Part shown: positions 35,842 through 47,975 of the stretch, in pieces
How the letters are laid out: every line of letters begins with the position of its first letter
Numbering within the stretch: position 1 is the stretch's first letter
From: Macrostomum lignano
Lineage: Eukaryota
NCBI GenBank assembly: GCA_002269645.1
Contig: NIVC01000868.1
Location: 364,351-423,702, forward strand
Direction of reading: 5' to 3'
DNA length: 59,352 nucleotides
Program-made: the position numbers and the translations under genes
The notes under the pieces: generated by a model
What the model was told of the DNA's origin: nothing
Seen by the model: only the letters and a program-made list of their open reading frames with translations
Database searches by the model: none

Positions 35842-36594
35842 ATGCCAGAAGGAGTTCAGCTATCGATTCGAATCTTGGCTACCTTGGCCTTGTTGGTGGC
35901 GGCTCAGGGCAGCCAGCAGTGCCCTGTGGCCTTCTCAGAGGTCAAGGACGGCTCCCTCTGCATCCGCAGCGCCTTCACCCGCAACCTGAGCGGCATCACC
36001 TCGGACCTGCCGTGCTCTCTGCATTGCGGCTCCGATCAGCGCTGCCAGGCCTTCACCACCGCCGACGGTCTGTGCCAGCTGTTCGTGTTCGACAAGTGCA
36101 GCAAGTTGGTGAGGGACTGCGGCTGCTCCAGGAGAGGCCGCCTGTTCGTGAAGCGGCAGCCGGGACTCTCGGCGGGCTCGCTGTGTCCTCCCGGCTACGG
36201 CGACGAGCTGTGCGGAGTGAAGTACCGGGTGCTGAAGAACAACGCAACTTGGGCGGTTCAGAGAGGAAGGTGCGAGTCGGAGCCGGGCCTGGTGATCATG
36301 GCCGATGTCGCTGACGCAGCTGAGCTGAGCCACGTGAATGCCCTGTTTGTCGCTCACTCCCCCACCTATCCCATGTACCTGGGCGGCTACCGGGTGTTTC
36401 CGGGAGCCCAGGAGGCAGACGGCTGGTTTTGGGTCGGCTGCAACATCACGATCGGCTCTGTGTGGGGAACTGGTGAACCGAGTGGATTTAGCGAAATGGC
36501 CACCGCTCGACACATGACCATAGTGGACGTAGTGGACATCACCGATATGGGTCTCTTTGGCGCCCTTTGTGAATGCGCATCGCCCTTCGATTAA
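35842..36594 (+). CDS. Secreted PAN/apple + C-type lectin-like protein (250 aa, intronless)
   Basis: Signal-like ILATLALLVAAQG; PAN pattern CSLHCGSDQRCQAF..CQLF; CTLD features TW..R.RCE, YLGG, WFW, WGTGEPS, LCE. Confidence 0.8.
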   Translation: MPEGVQLSIRILATLALLVAAQGSQQCPVAFSEVKDGSLCIRSAFTRNLSGITSDLPCSLHCGSDQRCQAFTTADGLCQLFVFDKCSKLVRDCGCSRRGRLFVKRQPGLSAGSLCPPGYGDELCGVKYRVLKNNATWAVQRGRCESEPGLVIMADVADAAELSHVNALFVAHSPTYPMYLGGYRVFPGAQEADGWFWVGCNITIGSVWGTGEPSGFSEMATARHMTIVDVVDITDMGLFGALCECASPFD

Positions 36595-36986
36595 CTATAC
36601 CGGTCTGTGATGGACAGTTTTCAAGCTATTTGGATCCAAAGACTTCTTAAGTGACCCTGTCAGCTTCATTATCATGAACTCAAATACTCAAATGGGCCCG
36701 AAGTGCCTGATGGGCCTGAGGATACTTTAATACAGGCTTGCAGTTTCCTTTGTTTTGAACTGTCCGGGCGGGCAGCACGAAAGAGTTCTGATTCAAAGCG
36801 TTATTTATTTCTAACCAGGAGCGCCTGCTTTCCATAAAAAACTTTATTAATTCAGCATCAGTTTACTGATACTGAAGTAGTTCAGCGAAGTCAATTTTCC
36901 CTTGGTAACCTTGTCATATCCCGTATGTTAAAGTCAGAAGCATATTCGATTGGTAGTATGGTCAGAGTGATAACATTGTAGGAAAG

Positions 36987-37612
36987 TGCAGTGGCATGAT
37001 GGGACTGCAGGACAGTGCAGTGGATTCAGGACAGTGCAGTGGATGCAGGACAGTGCAGTGGATGCAGGACAGTGCAGTGGATGAAGGACAGTGCAGTGGA
37101 TTCAAGACAGTGCAGTGGATGCAGGACAGTGCAGTGGATGAAGGACAGTGCAGTGGATTCAGGACAGTGCAGTGGATTCAGGACAATGCAGGGGATTCAG
37201 GACAGTGCAGTGGATGAAGGACAGTGCAGTGGATTCAGGACAGTGCAGTGGATTCAGGACAATGCAGGGGATTCAGGACAGTGCAGTGGATGAAGGACAG
37301 TGCAGTGGATTCAAGACAGTGCAGTGGATTCAGACAGTGCAGTGCATGCAGGACAGTGCAGTGGATGCAGGACAGTGCAGTGGATGCAGGACAGTGCAGT
37401 GGATGAAGGAGAAGGACAGTGCAGTGGATTCAGGACAGTGCAGTGGATTCAGACAGTGCAGTGGATTCAGACAGTGCAATGGATTCAGGACAGTGCAGTG
37501 GATTCAGGACAGTGCAGTGGATGCAGGACAGTGCAGTGGATTCAGGACAGTGCAGTGGATTCAGGACAGTGCAGTGGATTCAGACAGTGCAGTGGATTCA
37601 GACAGTGCAATG
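36987..37612. repeat. Minisatellite, ~19-20 bp unit (GGACAGTGCAGTGGATTCA/GATGCA), ~31 copies
   Basis: Direct tandem repetition. Confidence 0.95.
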
Positions 37613-38393
37613 CGTTCAAGTAATGCTTCAGAATAAAAGGTTTTTACGAGCTAGTTTCGGAATTCATTCTCATGGCTCCGATATATGCCTTTTTACAGAG
37701 GCACTGGAGAAAGTGGTTTGCTTGCTGATACCCTCTGCTTGAAGCAGGCTATTAGCTTCAGTTTGCACCCACAAACCCACCTGCAGCGACAGCGGCTGCT
37801 CTCAGCAGCTGCACGCACTCACTTCAAACACCGGTGGAGCGAGAGGCAGCTGTCGTCAAACACTGAAAGCTAAATGGACGGTTTGAGGGCTCTCGGTTTC
37901 TCATTGCCCCCTCCACAGGCTCCACCTCTCGATTACAGCTGAAGCTTCATCAAACACCTCACAGTCCCGCAGCTGGTGTCACCAACCCATCAGAACAGCT
38001 GGCAAAACTCTGACTGGGAACTCGATAATTGCCCAAGAAATATTTTTGCTAAAACGTTTTCTCAAAATTTTATATTGCTTTGCCAGTTTCGTGTCGCTTA
38101 CCATTACCAATGGAATAATTGTTAATTAGGATTCAATCTGAAGCCCGGCTTGAACTTGATATAAGGAAATCCCGGCTCCGCAACTAAAGAAATTAAACAA
38201 AGTATGTTGGATTTTTTTATTTAAGCGGTTACAAGTATTCCGATTTCCTTTAAAAAATTCAAAAAAAAAACCGAATATGATGCTATAAGAAGCAATATTC
38301 GCACATATAATTTTTCTGTGAAAAGTACTTTCATATAGAGTAAGACGATGAGAAGAATTAAAACGATTTAGCAGTACTTGTCCGAAAAAGCAC

Positions 38394-39859
38394 TCAGGTG
38401 ATGATCAGTTTCTGCAAAGCCCGAGCCAGGAAAATCAGGCCGAAGAGCGGGTGCCAGCTAGAGGCGCGCGTGGCACTGCGGGCTGAAGACTTCAGCATCT
38501 GTGGCAGCAACTCGCCGGACCCATTGTTGGGCTGCGGCCGGATCTGCAGCAGGTGGCACATCAGACCGTAGATGTCCACCTGGCGAAAGCTACCGTCGTT
38601 TGTGCCGTTCAGCTCGACGCCTTGACGGAAACTGGGCCCAACGGCGAACATCGGCACCCGCATGTCGCTGTAGCTGTTGTCGAAGCCGTGGTGACCGGCA
38701 CTTACTGGCTTGGTATCCTTGCTGGTCAGCACCAGGTATCCCTGGTCGGGCAGCACGAGCACCTCGGGCGTCCTGCGGTTTTTGGCGTAGTGGAATCGCT
38801 CCGGCAGACTGTCCTTGTCGAACACGCGCATGGACAGGTTGCGCTGGCGCACCTGGTTGTTGAGGTACTCCACCAGCTGCTTCCGCTTACCCGGCTTGGC
38901 ATTCATGGCCAGCAGCGGTCCGCTGTCCAGGACTCGGTCTACGAGCTCGTCCATGCTGCTGTCCAGGTGGATCACCTTGTCAGGCGTCATGCCCATCATG
39001 CCTGAAATGTTTTAAAACGCACGACGCACGATAAAGCCTGATCATATTTTTTAGATTCGAAAAATATATTTTTATCGGTGTCTAAATTACCTACGAATAT
39101 GACCAATGGTTTTCTAAAGATGGTTTCTGTCCAGAAAAAAAGATGGCTCTCACCGTGGTCAGACACGATCAGGACGTTGACTTTATTGGAGAATTTCTTC
39201 GCTTTGAGACCTTCGAATAGCGAGCGGATAGTGTCGTCAACTTTCTTTAGGGCCTCTCGGACCTGCTTTGACTTTGGACCGAACTTATGACCAGAGCTGT
39301 CGGGCTCATTTAGGTACATTGTGGCCATCTGCACGTCCTTCTCGGTGATCCACTCCAGCACGGTGCTCACCCGGGTCTCAAAGCTCACACTTCCGCTGTA
39401 GTTGAACCAGTAGTCCTGACGAACGCCCTTGAACGAGACCTCGCTGCCGGGCCAGAAGAACGTGGCCGACTTCAGTCCCTGCTTCTTCGCGTTGATCCAG
39501 ATCGGCTCGGATGCGTTCCACCAGCGCTCATCTCGAGTGCCCTTGTTGAAGGAGGCGTTGAACAGCGGGTCGTACATGCTGTTGCCGACGATGCCGTGGC
39601 TCTCCTGGTAGAGTCCCGTGGCGATGGTCCAGTGGTTGGGGAAGGTCTTTGTGGCAAAGGCCGGCTTCATGGACTTGACGTGCACGCCCTGCTTGATGAG
39701 CGACCTCAGGAACTGCGTCTCGTTGGGGTACCAGTTGAGGTAGTCGTAGCGGAAGCCGTCGCAGGAGACCAGGACCAGCGGGTATCGGGCTGGGCTGGCC
39801 GCCGATGCGCAGGCGGCGGCGCAGAGCAGAGCGAGAGCGGCGAGGCCAATCGACTGCAT
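38394..39859 (-). CDS. ENPP4/5-like: ENPP4/5-like ectonucleotide pyrophosphatase/phosphodiesterase, copy 1 (437 aa); exons 39859-39154, 39001-38394
   Basis: Signal peptide, SCDGFR, TKTFPNHWTIATGLYQESHGIVGN (catalytic Thr), EPDSSGH, SDHG|M across a phase-1 intron, HGFDN, hydrophobic C-tail. Confidence 0.93.
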
Positions 39860-42800
39860 TTCGAATCCGGCAGAGCAGAAGGGCTGGCTTTGAAATTTTC
39901 TTCGCTCGGTCAGCCTTATATCAGTGACTCTTCGGAGCCCTGCTAGTGGGCCTTCAATTGGCTGTCTGTAGATACTGGACTGGCTGCCTGGCTGCTATGC
40001 ATAAGTGCATTTGGTTTGCTGTTCTGAGCGAACGAGCTTATTTTTTCTGCGGTCATACCTGGCCACTTCTCGGAAGCTCAATCTGCCTTCAAGAAGACCT
40101 AGTAAGCTAACAAATACAGCCGTTTTTTCTGCAACCACGTTCTGCAGCTACGGACACTTTAGCTCCGTCGTAATTCTCTCCAAATTTTAACACTGGCCAA
40201 GCTAGTTCGAAAATATTTGCGCTGCACATGTCACTCCTGCAGCGGTTTTTGGCACCCCAGGTCCTCATGCGCAGCTGTAGCATTTCAGCTGAGACGATAA
40301 ACCGCTGCTCAAGAGCAAACATGAAAACATTTTGCCTGCTACCGAGCGAGCTGACATGTTTTAGTATGGCATGCATTTGTACTGAAATTTGCAGTAGAGA
40401 TGAACAAGCAGCTTTGTAGCCTCCAAGATGTATGAAATAGTCGGATTTCAGAGTCCGTTTAGTATCAATCGAACTTTTTTCAATACATTAGATGCACTCA
40501 GCAACATGTACTAGTAGAAGTCTAAACTCACATCAAGCTTGCAGTTCTCGATTCAAATGTGGGTAATGCGATTCGCGTCACAAGGCACCAGCTTAGGCTG
40601 CTGAGGAGGGAGTGGAGAGTTATGGCTGGAGTTGGATTAAAGCTGCCAGTTTTCGAAAACTAGTTTCCGGGGTGAAAACATTAACACAAATTCTGATTGT
40701 AAAGTGCGACCTTCCTGGTGATTCCCAAGGCAGGGGGTGGATACTTCTAAAATTCTAAAGCATTCAAAGCCTGCTCGATCGCAGTTCGGGCCAGATTCCG
40801 ACAAGACAGTGAATAAATATTATTTGCTTGCCAATACCTAAGAGAAAACGTCATTTTTCTCTGCAGAAAACCGGCTTATTTGCAACGGCCGAGAAGATTG
40901 CAGAAACTGCTTTGCAGAATGGTAAATACGAGGTACCAGCGCGCGAAGAATTTGACCTTTTTAACCGCCGGCAAACGGGGCTTTTCTGGGTCAGAAAAAG
41001 ACGCAGAAGTATCGGGATGCTTTTGCTGTGTTTTCTCGCATCTGAACCGAGCGCCGCTGGGATCTTCTGTGACCACCTTTGCTGTGGAAAAGTGCAACTC
41101 TTGGGTGAAGGGGAAACCGCTCTGCCCGGCCGCGCTGGTTTGTTGGATTCCAGCTGAGATGGCGCGAGGCACTTCATCTTGTGCGGCCCAGCAGCTGGAC
41201 GTGTCTTGCAATGAATGAAGCGTCCACTCGCGAAAAGATTTTTCGCTTGAAAAATGGCCTTTTAATCACATAGATTGATAAACTGTTGCCCTCGTAAATT
41301 CCGATTTCCGATATTAGAGAGGTTGATTTATTTGAGGTTCTTCAATATTTAAACCAAGGACCACTAGAAAACATGCAGTCTCAAGTTGTCCTTGATTTCA
41401 ACTTCCTGGCTAAGGGCCCGGCAGGAGACCCCGAGAATATGATGTGCACGGTGCTGCATTCCATGCAGTCAGCAAATTTGCAGACAATCCGTTGCTTTTC
41501 ACGCAGTTTTCACTACAGAATATTCTAACTTAGCTCCCAGAGCGGGTTCCCAATAACTCTATTCCTGCATTCCCTTGTTTTCTGACTCCGTGAGCTAAAG
41601 TTCAAACTAGCTGAATTCTGTATTTGAGATTTGCAACAAAGCAATGAACTGCAAGCAAGAATTTTGTTAATTTATGCATTTGTAATGTTTGAAAGACAGG
41701 TGGTGTAGTGCACTGTTATGTCTGGTTGTTATGGCTGCGGAATGAAGTCTGGTGGCCCGGCATGGTCTGGCAGGCGCAGGCGGCTCTGTCAAGGCGACGC
41801 CTGCACCAGAACGCCGGAGGCGGTGACGCGCACGAGACACTCCCAGCCAGCCAACAGCGGATGGCAGACACAGCAGGGGAGGCAGACGTTCAGCAGCCGT
41901 CAGATAATTTCAATCGGCGCTGCGCCAGGAAGCAACCGAAGCTGTGCGACTGGCTTTTGGAAGCCCACCGGCTGTACGGCAACACGTCATCAGAACACAA
42001 TGCCACAGCAACACAGTCGGGCTCTATTAATTGAACAAATTATATTTGCAAAAATGTACTCAAATGTAATCAATGTTTCAGTTTTCTTTATGTTTAATCT
42101 GCGAAGTTATCGAATTCTAGGCTTTGTACTTTTCTGGTTGGGGGAGAGATGTATTGCACTGTTACGTCGGGTCTCTCCTTTGCTCTCGCTTTTGTGTTCC
42201 CCCACGTGTACGCCCTTGCACTGTTACGCAACAGTAGCAACGTTGTGCTCACTAGCTCGTATGTACTCAAAAAATATATGCTTAAATATACGGCCATGAG
42301 AGCCCAACTTCCACGCCCACACAAGCGCAATACAGGTGGTGATCTTTTGTTTTATATGCTTCAAAATGAGTATCTAAAATTTATTTTCAAAACCATATTT
42401 TAATACAGCGATTGAATTTGAAAATATTCGATCCGATCAGGCCGTAAACACCAGTTAATAAGATTAAAATCACTCGTGCAGCTTCAGCATGCAGCAAGTT
42501 TTAATTTGGGATCGCATGGAATTTGGAAACTTGTGGCAACTTTTCGTGTGCAACTATTTTCAGAAATAAATATCAGAAATTTTCAGACAGAGAGCGCGTA
42601 AGTTAAACATTTTTGTTAAGAGGGTGTCTAAACACGAGTAGGAGTAAACGAGTGCAGAGAATCTATTAAATCGGTGAAAAATTCTCTAAATCTTGCTCTG
42701 AATAAAAAATGAACCAGCATTTTTATCAAAAAATTTTATCATAGAAAAGTCTTCGATAAAGAAATGTTAGAGTTCACTAATGAGTAAATCGAGAGAATAA

Positions 42801-42892
42801 AAGTGATTAAAAATCTATTGTAAGGTGTGGAAGTTTTGAAGTTTTAAATATCCTGTAAATAATTTATGGTAGAACCATCATCCGCTCGGCAT

Positions 42893-45800
42893 TCAGGAGA
42901 AAATGATGCCCGTCCTGCCGTCCCGGTGGACGCAAGAGCAGCTGGTGTAGCCGGATCTGCAGGCAAAGTCCGTGCCCTCGCTGCTCGGCTTCACGCAGTG
43001 CCCGGAAGCGTCCATGCAGTCGACGCTCACAGGGCCCGCCTCGGACTTCTCGGTGCACGAGTAGTGATAGCAGTAGCCCTCTGCCGGCACCTTTGTAGTC
43101 CAGGACGTGCCCAGCTTGTGCTCCGATGAGTCGTGGCCATCAATGCAGTGCCTCTCAAAGCTCACCACCTCCCCAGTTTCTCCATGTCCTGAAGGCGATC
43201 CCGACTCACCAGTAGTTCCTGTCTCATGGGTTCCAGTCTCCTCACCAGTTCCAGGTTCAATGTCTGAAATTTAAATTTAAGGAAGCTTTGAGGCTGCATC
43301 AATTTGATCAAACACAGAGCTCAAGCACAAAGCACGCAGATTAATGCTAAACTCAGCTCACGGGTTGGTGGCTTCCTGCCGTATCGGCCAAACACCTGGA
43401 CCTCGCACAGCATCAAGTAGGTCTTGGCAGTAGATTCGATTCGAACTGTACTGCCGTAGCGATTGCAATTAAAAGTCCGCGTTGACAAATAGCCAGCAGT
43501 GGAGTGGTAACTGGCACACACTCTCCCATCCACCTTCACGATGATGTTTTTGAGATACCGCGAGCACACCGGGCCGCACAAGCGGGCGTAGATTCGCACC
43601 TGTTGGATAAAGGCCGGCTTAATGGTCTTTGCCTGCCACCACGGCTTCGTCTGCATTTTCGTATGAGAGCAGGACTTTGCAGTAAAGTGCTGCGCCAGCT
43701 TCCCATCGATGGCTCTGGCGCACGGCGTGTGGGTGGAGCTTTGGCTGCAGTGCTTCAGCGGGAGAAGTGCTGCATGAACAAAAAAGTCAAGGATATTAGA
43801 CAGATATTCTCATTCATACAATTCGCTTTTTGCAACTCCATCTTCTTTCTAATCAAAAGAAACATTACTACTTGAATTGACTGTCGATTTGTAGAATTCT
43901 ACTAGCACAATCACTCCGATAATACTCCCAAATATCAAACAGAAAAGCTAAATAGATACTCTCAAAATCCTACCTCCTTTATGAGCCAGCGAAGCATACG
44001 TTCCGAAAACCTGAACTTCGCACAACATCAGGTACGTTTTCTTCGCCATAGCCTGAATCTCGACGACCTGCCCGACACTGTCGCAGTTGAGAGTGATTGT
44101 CGAACCGAGTCCAACGCCCTTGTGTCTGGCACAGATGTGGCCGTCGACCTTGACGACGATGTGTCTAAAGTTCACCCTACAAGGCGGAGTGCACAGTCGA
44201 GTGTAGATTCGGACCTGCTGGATGTGTGCGAGACGGTTCGTGTTTGCCTGCCACCATGGGTTCTTCTGAAGCTGAGTGTGAGCACACGACTTTCCAGACC
44301 AATACTGGCTGAAGTTATTGTCGATGGCTCTCCGACAGGGTGTGTGAGTTGAACTCTGTCTGCAGTCTTGAAGTGGCAGCAGACCTGCAAAACATATTTT
44401 CGATAATCTGTCTGTAACATGTAATGTCGGTAGAACATGTAATTTTGTCAGAGTATGCCTAAAACTGCCACCTCTTTAAAGAAATAATTTGCTGTAAAAA
44501 AACTTACGTCCTTTGTGTGCTAACGAGGCGTAGTTTCCGAAAACCTGAACCTCACACAGCATCAGATAGGTCTTCGCTCGAGACCGAATTTCGACTACCT
44601 GGCCAACTCTGTTGCACTCGAACGTGTGGGTCGAGAGGTAGCCCTTCGTCGATGTGTATCTGGCACAAACGTGCCCATCAACCTTGATGATTAAGTCCTT
44701 CAGGTATCTGGAGCACACTGGTCCGCAGAGCCGAGCGTAGATTCGCACCTGTCTGATGTGAGCCAATCGGTTTGTGCTCGCCTGCCACCACGGGCCTTTC
44801 TGCATCTTCGTGTGCGAGCAGGACTTTCCAGGCCAGTGTTGGTTCAGGTTGTTGTCAATGGCTCTCCGACATGGCGTGTGCGTTGAACTCTGCCTGCACT
44901 CTTGCAAGGGCAGCTTACCTAGATTGGGGAAGTTTTATCGTATAGTTTCGCTCCTAATGGCGACATCATGGTACGAGCGAATTCGATGGAGAAATAACCA
45001 TGTGCGTATTCATGCCCTGTAGTCTTACCTCCTTTGTGAGCCAGAGAAGCATACGTTCCGAAAACCTGGACTTCGCACAACATCAGGTACGTTCTTTTTG
45101 CCATAGCCTGAATCTCTACAACCTGCCCAACCCTGTTGCAGCTGAGAGTGATTGTCGAACCGAGTCCAACGCCCTTGTGTCTGGCACAGACGCGGCCGTC
45201 GACCTTAACGACGATGTTTCTAAAGTTCACCCTACAAGGCGGAGTGCACAGTCGGGTGTAGATTCGGACCTGCTGGATGTGTGCGAGACGGTTCGTGTTT
45301 GCCTGCCACCATGGGTTCTTCTGAAGCTGAGTGTGAGCACACGACTTTCCAGACCAATACTGGCTGAAGTTATTGTCGATGGCTCTTCGACAGGGTGCAT
45401 GAGTTGAGCTCTGTCTGCAGTCTTGAAGTGGCAGCAGACCTGCAAAACATATTTTCGATAATCTGTCTGTAACATGTAATGTCGGTAGAACATGTAATTT
45501 TGTCAGAGTATGCCTAAAATTGCCACCTCTTTAAAGAAATAATTTGCTGTAAAAAAACAACTTACGTCCTTTGTGTGCTAACGAGGCGTAGTTTCCGAAA
45601 ACCTGAACCTCACACAGCATCAGATAGGTCTTCGCTCGAGACCGAATTTCGACTACCTGGCCAACTCTGTTGCACTCGAACGTGTGGGTCGAGAGGTAGC
45701 CCTTCGTCGATGTGTATCTGGCACAAACGTGCCCATCAACCTTGATGATTAAGTCCTTCAGATATCTGGAGCACACTGGTCCGCAGAGCCGAGCGTAGAT

Positions 45801-47121
45801 TCGCACCTGTCTGATGTGAGCCAATCGGTTTGTGCTCGCCTGCCACCACGGGCCTTTCTGCATCTTCGTGTGCGAGCAGGACTTTCCAGGCCAGTGTTGG
45901 TTCAGGTTGTTGTCAATGGCTCTCCGACATGGCGTGTGCGTTGAACTCTGCCTGCACTCTTGCAAGGGCAGCTTACCTAGATTGGGGAAGTTTTATCGTA
46001 TAGTTTCGCTCCTAATGGCGACATCATGGTACGAGCGAATTCGATGGAGAAATAACCATGTGTGTATTCATGCCCTGTAGTCTTACCTCCTTTGTGAGCC
46101 AGAGAAGCATACGTTCCGAAAACCTGGACTTCGCACAACATCAGGTACGTTCTTTCTGCCATAGCCTGAATCTCTACAACCTGCCCGACCCTGTTGCAGT
46201 TGAGAGTGATTGTCGAACCGAGTCCAACGCCCTTGTGTCTGGCACAGACGTGGCCGTCGACCTTAACGACGATGTTTCTAAAGTTCACCCTACAAGGCGG
46301 AGTGCACAGTCGGGTGTAGATTCGGACCTGCTGGATGTGTGCGAGACGGTTCGTGTTTGCCTGCCACCATGGGTTCTTCTGAAGCTGAGTGTGAGCACAC
46401 GACTTTCCAGACCAATGCTGGTTGAGGTTATTGTCGATGGCTCTCCGACAGGGTGTGTGAGTTGAGCTCTGTCTGCAGTCACTGAGCGGTATTCGGTCTG
46501 AAATCGGTGTTTGCAGTCATCTGTAATAATGTGCAAAATGTAAACTTGTGGATGTATTGTAGCTCTTAGCATGATAGTAGATGCCAATCAATTTTGGCTA
46601 ATAATATATGCAAGCTACAGGTGTAAGCCTGTAGACATGCGTGTTAATTTATTTTCTAATTGGAAATATATTTTAATCTCTCAGTGGTAGAAGCTTATTT
46701 TAAGCAAGCTTACGTCCAGTGTGGGCCATTGAAGCCCATTTTCCGAATGCCTGCACCTCGCACAGCATCAGATAGGACCGCACAGTGCTGTGGATCTCCA
46801 GAATCTGCCCGACTCGGTTGCAATGGAACGTCTTGACAGAGAAGTAGTGGCTCGAGTGGTACGAGGCGCAAGGAACGCCGTCCACCTTGATCACAATGTT
46901 GTTCTGGTGCGACGAGCAGCCGGGTCCGCAGAGGCGGTTGTAAATCCGGACTGTGTGGAAGTGCGCCAGTCTGGGCGTGTTGGCCTGCCACCACGGCTTG
47001 TTCTGCATGTTGGTGTGCGAGCAGGAGTTGCCGGACCACTTCTGGTTAGTGTTGCCGTCGATGGCTCGATGGCACGGAGTGTGCGTGGAGCTTTGCCTGC
47101 ATGCCTGCAGGGGCAGCCGAA
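42893..47121 (-). CDS. Tandem F-type lectin (fucolectin/FTP, F5/8C fold) protein with 7 domains, a G/T/E-rich linker and a Cys-rich C-terminal domain. Exons 47121-46714, 46497-46087, 45976-45566, 45439-45029, 44918-44508, 44384-43974, 43769-43362, 43263-42893; 5' exon(s) unresolved (candidate ~47325-47180)
   Basis: Each exon encodes CxQSSTH..C.RAIDxN....SC.HT....PWW......V.IY.R....C.......C....VEI....TYLMLCEVQVFG. All junctions are GT-AG phase 1 with lengths 408/411 nt and give no stops when joined. Confidence 0.88.
43974..46497. repeat. ~1.06 kb tandem duplication unit (two lectin exons plus introns), ~2.5 copies
   Basis: Exon ends repeat at offsets of 1055-1058 bp; intron sequences are near-identical between units. 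Confidence 0.92.
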
Positions 47122-47935
47122 CTGGAGTATTGTTGGTAAGTAAAAGTTATGAGTTGTGTGAGTACTAATTTTTGAATGCCACTTTCCGTTGCCAGTAATT
47201 GCTTCAAAAAAATAATTGAAGGGTTCGCAGCCACTCATCAGAAAAACGGGGATCCAGCCTGTTGATTCTTCTCTGAATTCCCCACAGCTGTCCTCTGATT
47301 TCACTGCTGGTACCAGAAGGATCATGCTACTCTGCAGCGATGGTATATTTTGTTTGGAAAGAAATATTTTTCAACTTGCTTAGAGTCTCCCTTAGTTTTT
47401 AGTTCACTCACAGGGAGGCAGCTGACCTCTTGCCTTTTCTGAATTTGCTATCAACTACGTATAAAAGTTCCCAAATACAGATGCAGACAGCCAGCAAATG
47501 TTTGTCATAACGGAGGACACTAAGTGCTACTAAGCATGCTAACTGCATGGCACCATTCAAAGTTTACTTGAGAAACATTGAGCACAGAAAACAAAGGGTG
47601 GCAACTCACTTGCGGCAGAGAAGCTGCACAAAATCGACACCAGCAGAAGCGCCCTGAAGACTCTCTGCATGTCTCTTTTATTCGCCTTTTTGTCAGTCTT
47701 TGGTTCAAAAAACTCTTTTTCTGAGCGCAGCGTGCTCCGATTTCTGAGTTTATGAGGCGTCTCTTATAGATGCTCCATCTCGTGGCCTCGCTGACACGAG
47801 CACGCTGGTCTCGCTCGAAAACAAGTGCGCTACAGACACGTGCGGCGGCCGCAGCTGTTGATGAAGCGTGAGGGTGAAACCTCAAACTCTCTACTCAACC
47901 CCCTGCCCACTCTATTCGCAGAAGACAAGTATCCA

Positions 47936-47975
47936 TCCATATACTAAAAATGGTCTGTCGGTAGGTAGGTATGCG
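47936..47975 (+). mobile_element. Helitron-5'-end-like dispersed motif TCCATATACTAAAAATGGTCTGTCGGTAGG (related copies at 8932, 10116, 51401)
   Basis: Four similar TCC(T)ATATACTAAAA starts in the window; two sit at A|T sites. No convincing hairpin-CTAG 3' end was seen. Confidence 0.4.

Noticed and set aside
40828-41218. Overlapping ~110-aa ORFs with a faint CAP-like FTQ motif
   Set aside because: No coherent domain, splice structure or codon bias.
41708-42299. GC-rich ORFs with a WWPGMV (PWWP-like) word
   Set aside because: Single short motif, no supporting exons; cannot be called a gene.
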